From the NCBI GenBank assembly GCA_963726255.1, contig CAVSBL010000002.1, positions 2,240,001 to 2,304,000 of the forward strand: a DNA stretch of 64,000 bases. The letters are read 5' to 3'. This document shows, piece after piece, positions 1 through 10,126 of the stretch; positions within the stretch are counted from its first letter, which is position 1; every line of letters starts with the position of its first letter. The notes under the pieces were generated by a model. The model ran no database searches, had not been told where the DNA came from, and saw only the letters and a list, made by a program, of their open reading frames with translations. Made by a program: the position numbers and the translations under genes. The stretch comes from Candidatus Bathyarchaeota archaeon. GTDB taxonomy: Archaea; Thermoproteota; Bathyarchaeia; 40CM-2-53-6.

Positions 1-1821
1 TGGGCTGCCATGTGGGAATTTGCCGACATCAAAGCGTCTCGTAAGTACGACGAGGTTGTCGACGACCTAGACCGTTTTCCGGGAGCAAGATGGTTTCCTG
101 GGGCAAGGTTGAATTTTGCTGAAAACCTGCTGCGGCATCGAGATGACCACCCGGCCTTCATGTTCAAAGGAGAAACCAAGAGATCTGCGAGACTGACATA
201 TTTCGAACTCTACGACCAGGTATCGCACCTCGCGATGAGCCTCCGCGAGATTGGTGTGCGACCGGGGGACCGCGTATGCGCCTACATGCCAAACCTGATT
301 GAAACAGCCATCGCCATGCTAGCCTCAACCAGCCTCGGCGCGGTATGGGCTTCTTGCGGCGCTGAACTAGGGCCAACAACTGTCCTCGACCGCCTAGGTC
401 AGATCGAACCCAAGGTACTGTTCGTAGCTGACGGATATTTCTACAAAGGACAGGTCTTCAATAGCCTACCAAACGCAGAGAAGGTTGCCAATGGAATTCC
501 CTCGATAGAAAGAGTCATTGTAGCCTCATACGCCGGTGAAGGAATCGAGGGTGGGGGCCCTTCGAAGTTTGAGGCTTACGACGCCTTCCTCTCCAAGCAC
601 AAAAAGGCTGAGTCTAGGTTTGAACAACTGCCTTTCGACCATCCTGTGTATGTCATGTTTTCCTCAGGGACGACTGGAAAACCAAAATGCATGGTACAGG
701 GACCTGGAGTCCTCCTCAATCACCTCAAGGAACTCTTACTGCACACCGACCTAAGACGTGAAGATCGGATTTCGTACATATCGTCGCCGAGCTGGATGAT
801 GTGGAATTGGTTGATGAGCGCCTTAGCTGTAGGGGCGACCATAGTCCTGTATGACGGCAATCCGAATTATCCAGATTGGGGAACCATGTGGAAATTGGTC
901 CAGGACGAAAAGGTAACAATCCTCGGATGCAGTGCGAGCTACCTCAACTATCTTCGAAGCGTCGGAGCTAAACCTGGAAAAAGCTACGACCTAGCGTCGC
1001 TTCGGGAAATTTCGCAGACCGGTTCCTCACTATCTAAGGAAGGATTCGGATGGGTCTACCAAGAAATCAAGCAGGACCTGCACTTCAACTCCATTTCCGG
1101 AGGCACGGACATCAACGGTTGTTTCGCTGGCGGAAGCCCAATCCTTCCAGTGTATGCGGGTGAGCTGCAAGCTGCGGGTTTAGGAATGAAGGTCAAGGCG
1201 TATGATGAAAAGGGGCAGCCTGTATTGGACAGGGAGGGAGAGCTTGTCTGCGAAGCCCCTTCCCCATCCATGCCGCTCTACTTCTGGAACGACCCGCAGA
1301 GTGAGAAGTACAAAGAAGCCTACTTCAACTTCTACAAGAGTATCGGGAAGAACGTGTGGCGGCACGGAGACTACATCATAATCCACAGCGACACGGGCGG
1401 CATAACCTTCCTCGGCCGATCAGACAGCGTGCTAAAACCATCCGGCGTACGGATTGGAACCGGAGAAATCTACACCGTCCTCGAACGCTTTCCCGAAATT
1501 GCGGACAGCGTAGTTGTTGGACAGGATTGGAAGGGAGACCAACGAATCATATTATTCGTTCAGCTTTCACCTGGATGCAGCTTGACAAAGGAGCTGAAGG
1601 ATAAGATACGGAAGGCCCTGCGCGAAGACGCTTCCCCAAGACATGTTCCGGCGCTGATACTTGAGACCCCAAGTATCCCTTACACATTCAACATGAAGAA
1701 AGTTGAAAGTGCGGTCAGGAATATCATAAACGGCAAACCAGTATCAAACCGGGATGCCTTGACTAATCCTGAGTCACTCGAACACTTCGAAAGAATCTCC
1801 GCTGACCTACAAAGAGAATAG
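1..1821 (+). CDS. Acetoacetate-CoA ligase, 5'-truncated by the window edge
   Basis: WFPGARLNFAENLL, AMP-binding FSSGTTGKPKC, SISGGTD, WRHGD, GRSD..LKPSGVRIG; frame is open back to base 1. Confidence 0.9.
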   Translation, partial: WAAMWEFADIKASRKYDEVVDDLDRFPGARWFPGARLNFAENLLRHRDDHPAFMFKGETKRSARLTYFELYDQVSHLAMSLREIGVRPGDRVCAYMPNLIETAIAMLASTSLGAVWASCGAELGPTTVLDRLGQIEPKVLFVADGYFYKGQVFNSLPNAEKVANGIPSIERVIVASYAGEGIEGGGPSKFEAYDAFLSKHKKAESRFEQLPFDHPVYVMFSSGTTGKPKCMVQGPGVLLNHLKELLLHTDLRREDRISYISSPSWMMWNWLMSALAVGATIVLYDGNPNYPDWGTMWKLVQDEKVTILGCSASYLNYLRSVGAKPGKSYDLASLREISQTGSSLSKEGFGWVYQEIKQDLHFNSISGGTDINGCFAGGSPILPVYAGELQAAGLGMKVKAYDEKGQPVLDREGELVCEAPSPSMPLYFWNDPQSEKYKEAYFNFYKSIGKNVWRHGDYIIIHSDTGGITFLGRSDSVLKPSGVRIGTGEIYTVLERFPEIADSVVVGQDWKGDQRIILFVQLSPGCSLTKELKDKIRKALREDASPRHVPALILETPSIPYTFNMKKVESAVRNIINGKPVSNRDALTNPESLEHFERISADLQRE

Positions 1822-1964
1822 AAAAATGGCGGTTCTTCGTGTCACAACAAATCGGGATGTGACGCGGGATAGGCCAAGAGCATGTTTCGAAGCAAGATGT
1901 CCCACAATTCTGACAGGTGAGTACATCCAAGAGAGGACGTGGAAGCTTTCGAGATCAAGGAATG

Positions 1965-1984
1965 AAAAAAAGAAAAAAGAAAAA
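1965..1984 (-). terminator. Oligo-T terminator downstream of alba
   Basis: A-runs on + (T-runs on -) about 40 nt after the alba stop. Confidence 0.55.
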
Positions 1985-2021
1985 TGGTGATGGGGTTTAT
2001 CCACGAGCCATCGGGTTTAAG

Positions 2022-2348
2022 CTACTTCTTTGTTAGCTTAATCTCGATCGTGGAAACATTTCTCGTTTGGCCCTCTTCACCTAGCACTTCGGTTCCTATA
2101 TTGACGTCCTTTATCTCGAGCTTTCCTTCGAAGAAGCGTCTTCGGCAGACCTCGACTACGTCGACTGCCTTAGATATGACGCGGCCTCGTGCCTTAACGG
2201 AAAGTTCCTTGGAGCCGCTATTGATCTGCATAACAATGGCGGTGGCGTAGGCCATCAAGGGCTTCTGGCCGATTAGGATCGTATTCATTGGAATATTGCC
2301 TCTGGTGGAAGGGGGTCTTTCTACAACTGTAGTTGTCTTTTCTGTCAA
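2022..2348 (-). CDS. albA: DNA/RNA-binding protein Alba
   Basis: ILIGQKPLMAY, VKARGRVISKAVDVVE, RNVSTIEI; start reassigned to TTG at 2348, preceded by GGAGGTGA (2356-2363). Confidence 0.93.
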   Translation of the reverse strand: MTEKTTTVVERPPSTRGNIPMNTILIGQKPLMAYATAIVMQINSGSKELSVKARGRVISKAVDVVEVCRRRFFEGKLEIKDVNIGTEVLGEEGQTRNVSTIEIKLTKK

Positions 2349-2590
2349 GCGTTGTTCACCTCCGTGATGAAAGTATACTGGTAGCGTTGTGGAACCCGCC
2401 ACACGCCTTCCATTCAATAAAAGGCTTCCTGCGTGAAGCGACTGATTCAAATTTGGAACGCCTGGGGGATTTTTTTTCATTTCTCGCAGTTCGCGAATAG
2501 GCCTTACACAGTAACCGGTTTGAAAGTGCGAATGTGTAGTCGAGGCGAATTAAATAGGGTGTTAATGCATTTCTCAAGCTCAGAGCGCAG

Positions 2591-2914
2591 ATGGCGGAGA
2601 ACAGTCCGGAGAATAAGGGCCCGTCCAAATTGGAAATTGACAGGCCCAATGATTTCAAATTCCATATTGCGTACGGCGTTTATTCCCGAACTTGGGATGA
2701 AAACTCATCAGACACGGCCCGACTCAAATTGAACGAATTGATTTCGGCTCTCGCAAGCAATGAGGATGGGTATCAGGATTTCTATGGTCAAATTCAGGAA
2801 TACCGGAGGGATCAGCCATCCTTCCGTTCCGGCCGAACGCGAATTGAGACTCAGAGGAAGAGAGATTGGCAGCGGGCTGACACGAGGGATGGAAGAAACC
2901 GGCGCCACAAGTAA
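2591..2914 (+). CDS. Hypothetical protein with basic C-terminus
   Basis: 107-aa ATG ORF filling the gap divergent from alba; no recognised family. Confidence 0.65.
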   Translation: MAENSPENKGPSKLEIDRPNDFKFHIAYGVYSRTWDENSSDTARLKLNELISALASNEDGYQDFYGQIQEYRRDQPSFRSGRTRIETQRKRDWQRADTRDGRNRRHK

Positions 2915-3090
2915 GAACACTGTCGAACTGGTCTTGTGAGTTTTTAGGTAGCGTTATTAGGCGCCGAGAAAGGGTATGTTGGTAAGCTATGTGTACGGGC
3001 TGAAGCCGACCGTCTTATACGTAACCAAACGTTCCGACGCGCGAGTTTTCTCCCGACGAACTAGCTGAATGAAAAGTCGAGGTGAAACGC

Positions 3091-3297
3091 ATGAGCTTTG
3101 AACGTTCCTTCAACAAGCCAGTTGAGGAAGGGAAGGAATACGAAGTTGAGATCAAAGAGACTAGCCGCCGCGGTGACGGAGTCGCGAGGATCGAAGGTTT
3201 CGTAGTCTTTGTCCCACAAACCAAACCTGGCGACAAGGTGAAGGTAAAGATCAACACCGTTGGTCCACGTTTCGCAACCGGAGAAGTCGTCAAGTAA
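3091..3297 (+). CDS. Single TRAM-domain RNA-binding protein
   Basis: PVEEGKEYEVEI..SRRGDGVARIEGFVVFVP...GDKVKVKI; GAGGTGA at 3079-3085 precedes ATG 3091; T-rich tract follows. Confidence 0.92.
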   Translation: MSFERSFNKPVEEGKEYEVEIKETSRRGDGVARIEGFVVFVPQTKPGDKVKVKINTVGPRFATGEVVK

Positions 3298-3397
3298 TAG
3301 CTTGGCAACTCCTGCGTGCGAACCCCTTTCTTTCCAACCTTATTATTTTGCACGTTGATGCACAGGATTGTGCAGTGAGCTTCGAGTCCACTTGCTT

Positions 3398-4513
3398 TTA
3401 GGAGACTGGTTCCCAGACAAGCCCGAGATCGTTAGCGTAATCCTGCGCTCTCGTGATCTCCTGCGGACTGGGGCGCCGAGCAATCTCGTGATACATTTCA
3501 GGTTCTTGCAGTACCAAATGCTCCGGTCTATATTGACCCATAACGTTGACCAGTGCTCGCGGGCACTTCTCTGCTGCCCAATTAAGAATCGGTTTAGTAC
3601 AGCATTCTAAATGGCCTGGCATAACGAGATGCCTGATTATCATATCGCCATTCTCATATGCCATAATGTGATTTCGGGAAACTACATCGAAGTATCTGAT
3701 TATCCGCGAGTATTTCATGGCGCAAAGGTCGTTGCCCCACTTGAAGTCGGGCAACCAAATGTCCACAAGATCTTCCAAGATTTGCATGGCTTCAGCGGTC
3801 AGGTACATGTTGCTATTCCACAGGATCGGGACATTTACTGTCGTTAGGTTAAGGGCCTCCGTTATGACGTGAAGGTTAGGCGTTGGCTCACCTCCAACGA
3901 AGTTAATGTTAGCAGCACCCTCACTTCTGAGTGACTTCATCATGAGCGAAAGTTCTCTTGGTGAGACAGGCGCCCCCGCGTCAGGATGCTGGGAGATATC
4001 CCAATTCTGACATAAAACACACCTGAAGGTGCATGAAGCAAAGAAAATCGTTCCGGAGCCATGCCGGTCGACTAGGGGTGGTTCTTCGCCTTGATGAAGG
4101 AAAAACGATGCGACTCTCGCTACGCTGCCTAAGTGACATGCTCCCTTTCTCTTTCCTTCCACGCGGTCAACCCTACATCGCCACTCACAAAACGTGCACT
4201 TCCTGAGAATCCGGTTCAGAAGCTCCATCTTAACATCCAAGAAACTGAACTCCGGTCGTTTTACCGACTCGCTCGGCAGTTCGTTCTCCCGGATTCTGTT
4301 CAAGGCTTTGCGAAATTCGGTGTGGAGCTTTTCGTGTTTATCCCATAATTGTGCTTCCGTCATCAGCCGTGGGTTTTGGCTGCAAGCTATTTGCTTGCAC
4401 ATCAGAAATTTCGCGGGCTTCAGGTCCCGAAGTACATTATAGTACCACGACAACCGATCTCGGACTACTTGGTCTTGCCAGACATCGGAGACGTGGGATC
4501 TGAACAACGACAT
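3398..4513 (-). CDS. Radical SAM protein, PflX family
   Basis: CTFRCVLCQN (CxxxCxxC), CTFCEWRCRVDR, GGEPTPN, LPDFKWGND, RHLVMPGH. Confidence 0.88.
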   Translation of the reverse strand: MSLFRSHVSDVWQDQVVRDRLSWYYNVLRDLKPAKFLMCKQIACSQNPRLMTEAQLWDKHEKLHTEFRKALNRIRENELPSESVKRPEFSFLDVKMELLNRILRKCTFCEWRCRVDRVEGKRKGACHLGSVARVASFFLHQGEEPPLVDRHGSGTIFFASCTFRCVLCQNWDISQHPDAGAPVSPRELSLMMKSLRSEGAANINFVGGEPTPNLHVITEALNLTTVNVPILWNSNMYLTAEAMQILEDLVDIWLPDFKWGNDLCAMKYSRIIRYFDVVSRNHIMAYENGDMIIRHLVMPGHLECCTKPILNWAAEKCPRALVNVMGQYRPEHLVLQEPEMYHEIARRPSPQEITRAQDYANDLGLVWEPVS

Positions 4514-4545
4514 CTACGGAAATTCCACTTGGATGATTTCCGGGT

Positions 4546-5244
4546 TCACGGGATAGTGAAGTAGAGTCTTCTGTTGCTCTTGCCCTTGTTCTCGAATTTC
4601 AACGGGTCTATCCTGGTTATTTCCCCAAGCTCTTTCACGTGGACACCGCCGTCGGCTTGAATGTCGTATCCTTCGATTTCTACGATGCGGAGTTCCTTGA
4701 CGTCGGGAGGAGCAGCCGCTGCGAGTTTTATGATACCAGGAATCTTCATCGCCTCTTCCCGTTGCATAAAATACGTTTTGACCGGCGGGTTCTTCGCAAT
4801 AGCTTCGTTAGCCTGCTTGCAGTGGAGTAGCATCTTCTCCCTATCGAAGTTCTCGAGGCTGAAATCTATCCTTGACTTGTCGGGTTCTATCTGGTTCCCT
4901 GTGATCAGGGCGCCGGTTTCCTTGTTGAAGATGGAACTGAGAAGGTGGGCGGAGGTGTGCATCCTCATTATCCTATGCCGCCTGTCCCAGTCAAGGTTTC
5001 CATGCACGCTACTTTCCGTACCCAAACCAGCGGCCGATTCGACTACGTGTACGATTGAATCGTTAGCTCCTTTCACCGTGTCAAGAACCTTCACATTACC
5101 CAAGGTCCCAATATCTCCGACCAGTCCTCCTCCACGGGGATTAAACGCGGTCTGGTCAAGCACTACTTGATTGCCATCAACAGACAGGATCTTAGCATCG
5201 AATTCCTTGAGGTATGCGTCATCCCAGAAGAGCTTCTTGGTCAA
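4546..5244 (-). CDS. alaXM: Alanyl-tRNA editing protein AlaX-M
   Basis: LDQTAFNPRGGG, MRMHTSAHLL, QADGGVHV, NKGKSNRR. Confidence 0.9.
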   Translation of the reverse strand: MTKKLFWDDAYLKEFDAKILSVDGNQVVLDQTAFNPRGGGLVGDIGTLGNVKVLDTVKGANDSIVHVVESAAGLGTESSVHGNLDWDRRHRIMRMHTSAHLLSSIFNKETGALITGNQIEPDKSRIDFSLENFDREKMLLHCKQANEAIAKNPPVKTYFMQREEAMKIPGIIKLAAAAPPDVKELRIVEIEGYDIQADGGVHVKELGEITRIDPLKFENKGKSNRRLYFTIP

Positions 5245-5327
5245 TGGTTAGGGCCGAGGGTAGGCAGTTCACTGGCCAGAAAAAGCTTTGCGGGACCTTA
5301 AATCTCCTCCAAGCATACTGACAACCT

Positions 5328-5804
5328 ATGACTCGCCCGAGTTGGGACGAATACTTCCTCAAAATCGTGGACACCGTGTCTGAAAGGTCCACGTGTGATA
5401 GAGGTAAAGCTGGTGCGTTGATCGTGAAGGACAGGAGGATCCTGTCTACTGGTTATGCAGGGTCTCCCCCAGGCCAACCGCACTGCGACGAGGCGGGTCA
5501 TATGATGAGAAGAGTCGTTGATGAGAACGACAACATCAGCCAGCACTGCGTTAGAACCATACACGCGGAAGCCAATGCGCTGATCCAAGCTGCGAAATTT
5601 GGAATATCTGTGGAAGGAGCTACATTGTACTCGAAATTTGAGCCTTGCTACGCATGTGCCATGCTAACCGTAGGAGCCGGAATCAAAAGAGTAGTTGCCA
5701 GAACGAAGTACCATGCGGCCGAGGAGACTCGGAAGCTTTTGAAAAACGCTGGTGTCGAACTAGTTGTTGTCGAAGACAACGTAATGAAATACGAAAACCA
5801 GTAG
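5328..5804 (+). CDS. dCMP deaminase family protein (ComEB-like)
   Basis: RPSWDEYF, RSTCDR, HAEANA, EPCYAC zinc-deaminase motifs. Confidence 0.9.
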   Translation: MTRPSWDEYFLKIVDTVSERSTCDRGKAGALIVKDRRILSTGYAGSPPGQPHCDEAGHMMRRVVDENDNISQHCVRTIHAEANALIQAAKFGISVEGATLYSKFEPCYACAMLTVGAGIKRVVARTKYHAAEETRKLLKNAGVELVVVEDNVMKYENQ

Positions 5805-6073
5805 ACCGTTCTCCCGTGAGCTCAGTACCCTATCGTGGCCGGCATTGTGGTTGGGACCACTGGTGGAGGGGTGGTACCATATGGTCCCAAGCCGAGGTAA
5901 CCCTGAGCTGCACATACACGTCGACCCACTCCTGTACAGCGGCCTACGAGCCCAAGCCATTTTTGAGCTTCTTGTCGAGTGGGTGGCACCCAGACATCGG
6001 ATGGATTCCAACCTCGCTTGCAGCACAGCCTTGTTCATAACTCAGACTCAGAATCCATGCACTATCGCATATC

Positions 6074-7462
6074 GTGGGAAAGCGAATGGATAGATTCGTC
6101 CTAGAAGAGCTCAAGAGGATTGTGGGCACAACCTATGTGGTAACCAATATCGAGCAAATGCAGAATTACCTAGTCGATGAAAGCCCTCTTTCAGTAAGAC
6201 CGAAACCTGCAAACGATCTTGCTTTGGTAAGACCAGCTGATGCTCAACAAGTCTCTTCAGTGCTACGCTTCGCGAGCGAAAATCGGCTCGCAGTTTTTCC
6301 AAGGGGAGGCGGGACTGGTCTCGTGGGAGGCGCGGTACCGACCAGAAATGGGATAATACTTTCGATGGAACGGATGAAAAGAATTGAAATCGACAAAGCC
6401 AATCTCATGGCGATTGCAGATGCCGGGGTCACACTCGGGCAACTTGCGAAGACGGCGGAAGAAGTCGGCTTATCCTTTCCGCCCCATCCCGGCGATGAAA
6501 ATGCCCAGGTGGGCGGGCTCGTGGCTACGAACGCTGGAGGGTCCCGAGCAGTAAGGCATGGAGTGATGAGAAATCATGTCAGAGGAATCGAAGTCGTACT
6601 TGCCACGGGAGAAATACTGAATCTTGGAGGAAGGGTCCATAAGAACAATGTAGGCTACGACTTGATGCAGCTCATCATCGGTAGCGAAGGAACGCTTGCA
6701 GTAATAACAAGAGTCATCATTCAACTCTACCTGAATCCCGGGGCAACGATGACCCTCATTGTACCCTACAACAGTCGGCACGATGCACTGGCGAGTGTCC
6801 CAAAGATATTGCATTCAAGCACGCCCCTAGCCGTAGAATATGTCGAGAGAGACCTGTTGGAGAAAAGCGCACAACGGCTGGATGTATATTGGCCAGTGAA
6901 GACAGGGAAAAGTCATCTAATCATAATCATGGCCGAACCTAGCAAGGATCAAGTTCTCTCGGAAAGCCTCAAAGTAGCCCAAATATGCCAAGAGAATACG
7001 CCTTACGAAACATTTGTGGCAGAATCAAAGAGCGACCAAGACAATATCCTCAGAATAAGAAGCAACATCTACAACGGCTTGAAGAGCGAAACAATAGACA
7101 TCCTGGACATAACCGTGCCCGCTAGTGAGTTAGAGACAGTGATGGGCGAAGTGGAAAACGTCGCCGCAAAGCACGGAGCTCCACTGCAAATCTTCGGACA
7201 CGCAGCTGATGGAAACCTCCACATCCACATAATGAAAAAAGAAGGCGAGGGCACACAATACGTGGAAGACCTGAGAAATGGAATCTATGAAATTGCGACG
7301 AGAGCTGGAGGCGTAATAACGGGGGAGCACGGAATCGGGAAGATAAGAACGAAGAAGCTCGAATCGCTCATGACAAGGAAAGAGTTCGAACTGATGAAGA
7401 ACATAAAGAACCTATTCGACCCCGACGGGATACTGAACCCTGGAACCAAGTTACCCGGCTAA
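6074..7462 (+). CDS. FAD-binding oxidoreductase (GlcD/D-lactate dehydrogenase family)
   Basis: PRGGGTGLVGG, GSEGTLAVIT, GHAADGNLH, GEHGIG, FDPDGILNPG; start may be ATG 6086. Confidence 0.9.
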   Translation: MGKRMDRFVLEELKRIVGTTYVVTNIEQMQNYLVDESPLSVRPKPANDLALVRPADAQQVSSVLRFASENRLAVFPRGGGTGLVGGAVPTRNGIILSMERMKRIEIDKANLMAIADAGVTLGQLAKTAEEVGLSFPPHPGDENAQVGGLVATNAGGSRAVRHGVMRNHVRGIEVVLATGEILNLGGRVHKNNVGYDLMQLIIGSEGTLAVITRVIIQLYLNPGATMTLIVPYNSRHDALASVPKILHSSTPLAVEYVERDLLEKSAQRLDVYWPVKTGKSHLIIIMAEPSKDQVLSESLKVAQICQENTPYETFVAESKSDQDNILRIRSNIYNGLKSETIDILDITVPASELETVMGEVENVAAKHGAPLQIFGHAADGNLHIHIMKKEGEGTQYVEDLRNGIYEIATRAGGVITGEHGIGKIRTKKLESLMTRKEFELMKNIKNLFDPDGILNPGTKLPG

Positions 7463-7556
7463 CGCTCGTTGAGCCGGGTCCGTAGACTGCTTCGTATGAG
7501 GGGATCGAGGTGTAAAATGAGGCGAGGGTTACCTTCGTTTGGCACCACCCCTAGAG

Positions 7557-7570
7557 GGGTGGATCCACCC
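7557..7570. repeat. 14-bp perfect palindrome GGGTGGATCCACCC, copy 1
   Basis: Identical copy at 8435-8448. Confidence 0.75.
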
Positions 7571-7721
7571 TAATCCTTGAGCATGGAATAGGTAAAGTGA
7601 GGACCAGTAGGCTCCAGTCAATTATGACCGAAAAGGAACTCGAACTTATGAAGGGTTGTACTGTTCAGGTGTAGCACGTGCGGGAGGCTAGGCACCTGTC
7701 GTGCGGCGGCCCATGAATGGG

Positions 7722-7946
7722 CTAATGACGATGCATCGTGGCTCGGTAAGAGGCCGCCTTGGAGTGAAACCTAGACTCCCCCGATTGAACCTCACTTTCC
7801 GGGGAATATTCGCGCATTAGAAGACCGCATTGGGTGCATCTCACGAGCCGCAGAGGCCTTCCATCTTTGTCGACATCTTCCCCAATTTCATGAACTCGTG
7901 GGTGTGCACAGATTTCGAGGATAAGAGACTGCAATCCTAAACCCAC
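7722..7946 (-). CDS. Small putative zinc-finger protein
   Basis: CAH...RCTQCGL motif; start uncertain. Confidence 0.5.
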   Translation of the reverse strand: MGLGLQSLILEICAHPRVHEIGEDVDKDGRPLRLVRCTQCGLLMREYSPESEVQSGESRFHSKAASYRATMHRH

Positions 7947-7981
7947 CTCATACGTAAGCGAATTGCCACACCATGCAGTAG

Positions 7982-8296
7982 CTATGGGTTGGCTGGCTTA
8001 ACTTTCCTGAGCGTTAGGCCTAGCCACACAACGCCAATTATCGCAATGATCACAGCTAAGATCATGAGGCCACCTGTGATGCCTCCGTATGGGTTCACTA
8101 TTCCAAACTGGCGTGTCCTCGTAAAGTTCCCGAACTGAGTTTGGGTGAAGTTTCCCGGATTGAAGGGGCGGGATCGAAGCATCTGGCTAACTAAGTACGA
8201 ACGAACAGCGTTGTAAACCGTGGTTACAGACGCCAAAGCAACGCCAACCAAAGTGACCAAGTACGCATACCTGATCTGCGTTTCACTACTTGCCAT
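7982..8296 (-). CDS. Small two-TM membrane protein
   Basis: Two hydrophobic segments, repeated GNFT motif, upstream TATA-like TTATAT. Confidence 0.7.
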   Translation of the reverse strand: MASSETQIRYAYLVTLVGVALASVTTVYNAVRSYLVSQMLRSRPFNPGNFTQTQFGNFTRTRQFGIVNPYGGITGGLMILAVIIAIIGVVWLGLTLRKVKPANP

Positions 8297-8434
8297 CTAA
8301 CTACACCAAGTAGTTAGCTCCTCGACTTGCCGGTATATAATGTGCATGGATGAATCATCTACTGGATTTCGCTATATCGAGAAACAGACTAAGGTATCCG
8401 GAGTGTTCAAGCTGACCATGAAAACCGGGGGGGC

Positions 8435-8448
8435 GGGTGGATCCACCC
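8435..8448. repeat. 14-bp perfect palindrome GGGTGGATCCACCC, copy 2
   Basis: Identical copy at 7557-7570. Confidence 0.75.
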
Positions 8449-8474
8449 ATTGAGGAGGATGCTGATTGGCAACC

Positions 8475-9329
8475 TTAGCCGCTCATGAGCGAACGTGCAA
8501 GTAAGAATATGTTGCTTTTGTGCTCGCTGATTCTTCTCGTGGAGTATGCCCACCAACGCTTTCCGAAGGGTATGTATTCGCTTGATCGATATCCACTTTG
8601 AGCAAGCTCCAGCTTCTTCTTGTCTCTAATTCCCATCAGCATTTCGAATTCGAAATCTGCGTGGTGGACATTGCTCAAGATAATGGCCTCTTGAATCAAC
8701 TTCTCATCATGGGTGGCGATTGCGAACCCTTGCCCACGTTCGAAAATCAAGCGCATCAACTTGGAATAGTTGCGGTTAATATCATCCCGCTTCTTGAAAA
8801 CAATCTCCGGGCTCTCGTTATAAGCCCCCTTGCAGAGTCGAATTTTCCCATTCAAGCCTAAAATTCTATTCACATCTTCCTCGCTTCGCTTCAGGTAGGC
8901 TTGGATGGCAAGTCCGACATTATCGAATTTCCTGACGAGTTCTAGATATGAATCAACTGTCTGCGTGGTGTATCGCGATCCTTCCATGTCCATCCAGACA
9001 AAGTTGCCTAGAGATTTCGCTTTGCTGACGACTGTGCTCAAGTTCTCCTCAAAGAAAGCTCTGTCAATTCCCAGTCCTAACTGCGTGGGTTTGATTGAGA
9101 TACAACTCTGAACTTTCCGGGCGGCGATCGTCTCAAGTATTTCCAAGTATTCCTGCGTGGCTGCGGAAGCGTCGTCTCTTGCAGTAATCTCTTCCCCGAG
9201 AAGGTTCACAATCCCTTGGATCTTTTGAACGTTTGACTGAGCTGCTCGGTTCAAAGCATCTTCATACTCTTCGCCCGCAATCCAATGCTTAGCAATTCGG
9301 AAGAGCAGGCCGTTCAACAGGCTCGCCAA
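8475..9329 (-). CDS. Proline dehydrogenase (monofunctional)
   Basis: SIKPTQLG, WMDME, AIQAYL, IRLCKGAY, IATHDE, YIPFG, RRISE. Confidence 0.92.
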   Translation of the reverse strand: MASLLNGLLFRIAKHWIAGEEYEDALNRAAQSNVQKIQGIVNLLGEEITARDDASAATQEYLEILETIAARKVQSCISIKPTQLGLGIDRAFFEENLSTVVSKAKSLGNFVWMDMEGSRYTTQTVDSYLELVRKFDNVGLAIQAYLKRSEEDVNRILGLNGKIRLCKGAYNESPEIVFKKRDDINRNYSKLMRLIFERGQGFAIATHDEKLIQEAIILSNVHHADFEFEMLMGIRDKKKLELAQSGYRSSEYIPFGKRWWAYSTRRISEHKSNIFLLARSLMSG

Positions 9330-9566
9330 TTACGAAACCCCAGCCAAGGATTACAGCCATCGCATAAATTGGTTGCCCCATTTAGCGAAGATGAATTAAT
9401 GACTCACACCGAGCGCGCCAGCCTTCGAATATTGACGGCCTTCCTACTTCGCACAGGCTAGAGTCTCGGCCTCGAGCTTCTGTCCTCGGAGAATGTTGGC
9501 CTAAAGGAGAAGCCCTTCCTGTTCTCCGGAGGGATGGGTGTGAAACCTACGGATGATTTTCCTAAG

Positions 9567-9678
9567 TGGAGCCTCGGGCGGGGTTTGAACCCGCGACCTG
9601 CCGCTCTCCTGAAAAGTTTACGAGGCGGCCGCTTTCCGGTACCGTGGAAAGGTATCTACCAGGCTGAGCCACCGAGGC
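9567..9678 (-). tRNA. tRNA-Thr(CGT) with two introns (22/23 at 9634-9655; 37/38 at 9606-9618), CCA encoded
   Basis: After intron removal: GCCTCGG/CCGAGGC acceptor, GCTC/GAGC D-stem, GCCGC/GCGGC anticodon stem with CT-CGT-AA loop, GCGGG-TTCAAAC-CCCGC T-arm. Confidence 0.9.
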
Positions 9679-9836
9679 ATGTATCCCTAGCCAGAGAGCC
9701 TCGAATCTTAAAGTGTATTCATTCTTCACTGAAACCTATGAGGTAATATCCGGCTGTAATAATTTTCATTAACTAAATGACGAATTCTTCTTTGGGAATT
9801 GCCCGATTCGTAAGTCGCATTGTGCTAATTGTCCGG

Positions 9837-10001
9837 TCACCGAAGAGCTTGGCCTCTTCCTTGGCCTGCGGCAACGTTGCGGTCCACCACCAACACCGAC
9901 ATGTGCGGGTTGTTTTGCTTGATATGATAGGCGGCGGATAGGCCGATTACGCCCGCACGAATTACGAGCACGTCCCAGTGCTGTTTGCCTCTTGCATTCA
10001 A
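9837..10001 (-). pseudogene. N-terminal fragment of an FAD-dependent oxidoreductase (DAO-like)
   Basis: 54 codons WDVLVIRAGVIGLSAAYHI...VLVVDR; Rossmann GxGxxG changed to RAGVIG, then an early stop. Confidence 0.7.
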
Positions 10002-10126
10002 GCTGTAGCCCACTCATGTTGGCCCGAGTCTCACCGAGGTTTGGACTATTAATTCTCCGTATGTGATGCAAGAGCTTACAAAGCTGAAAAGGAAAGCCTA
10101 TCTTCGAATGCTTAGCCTAAGTAGGA

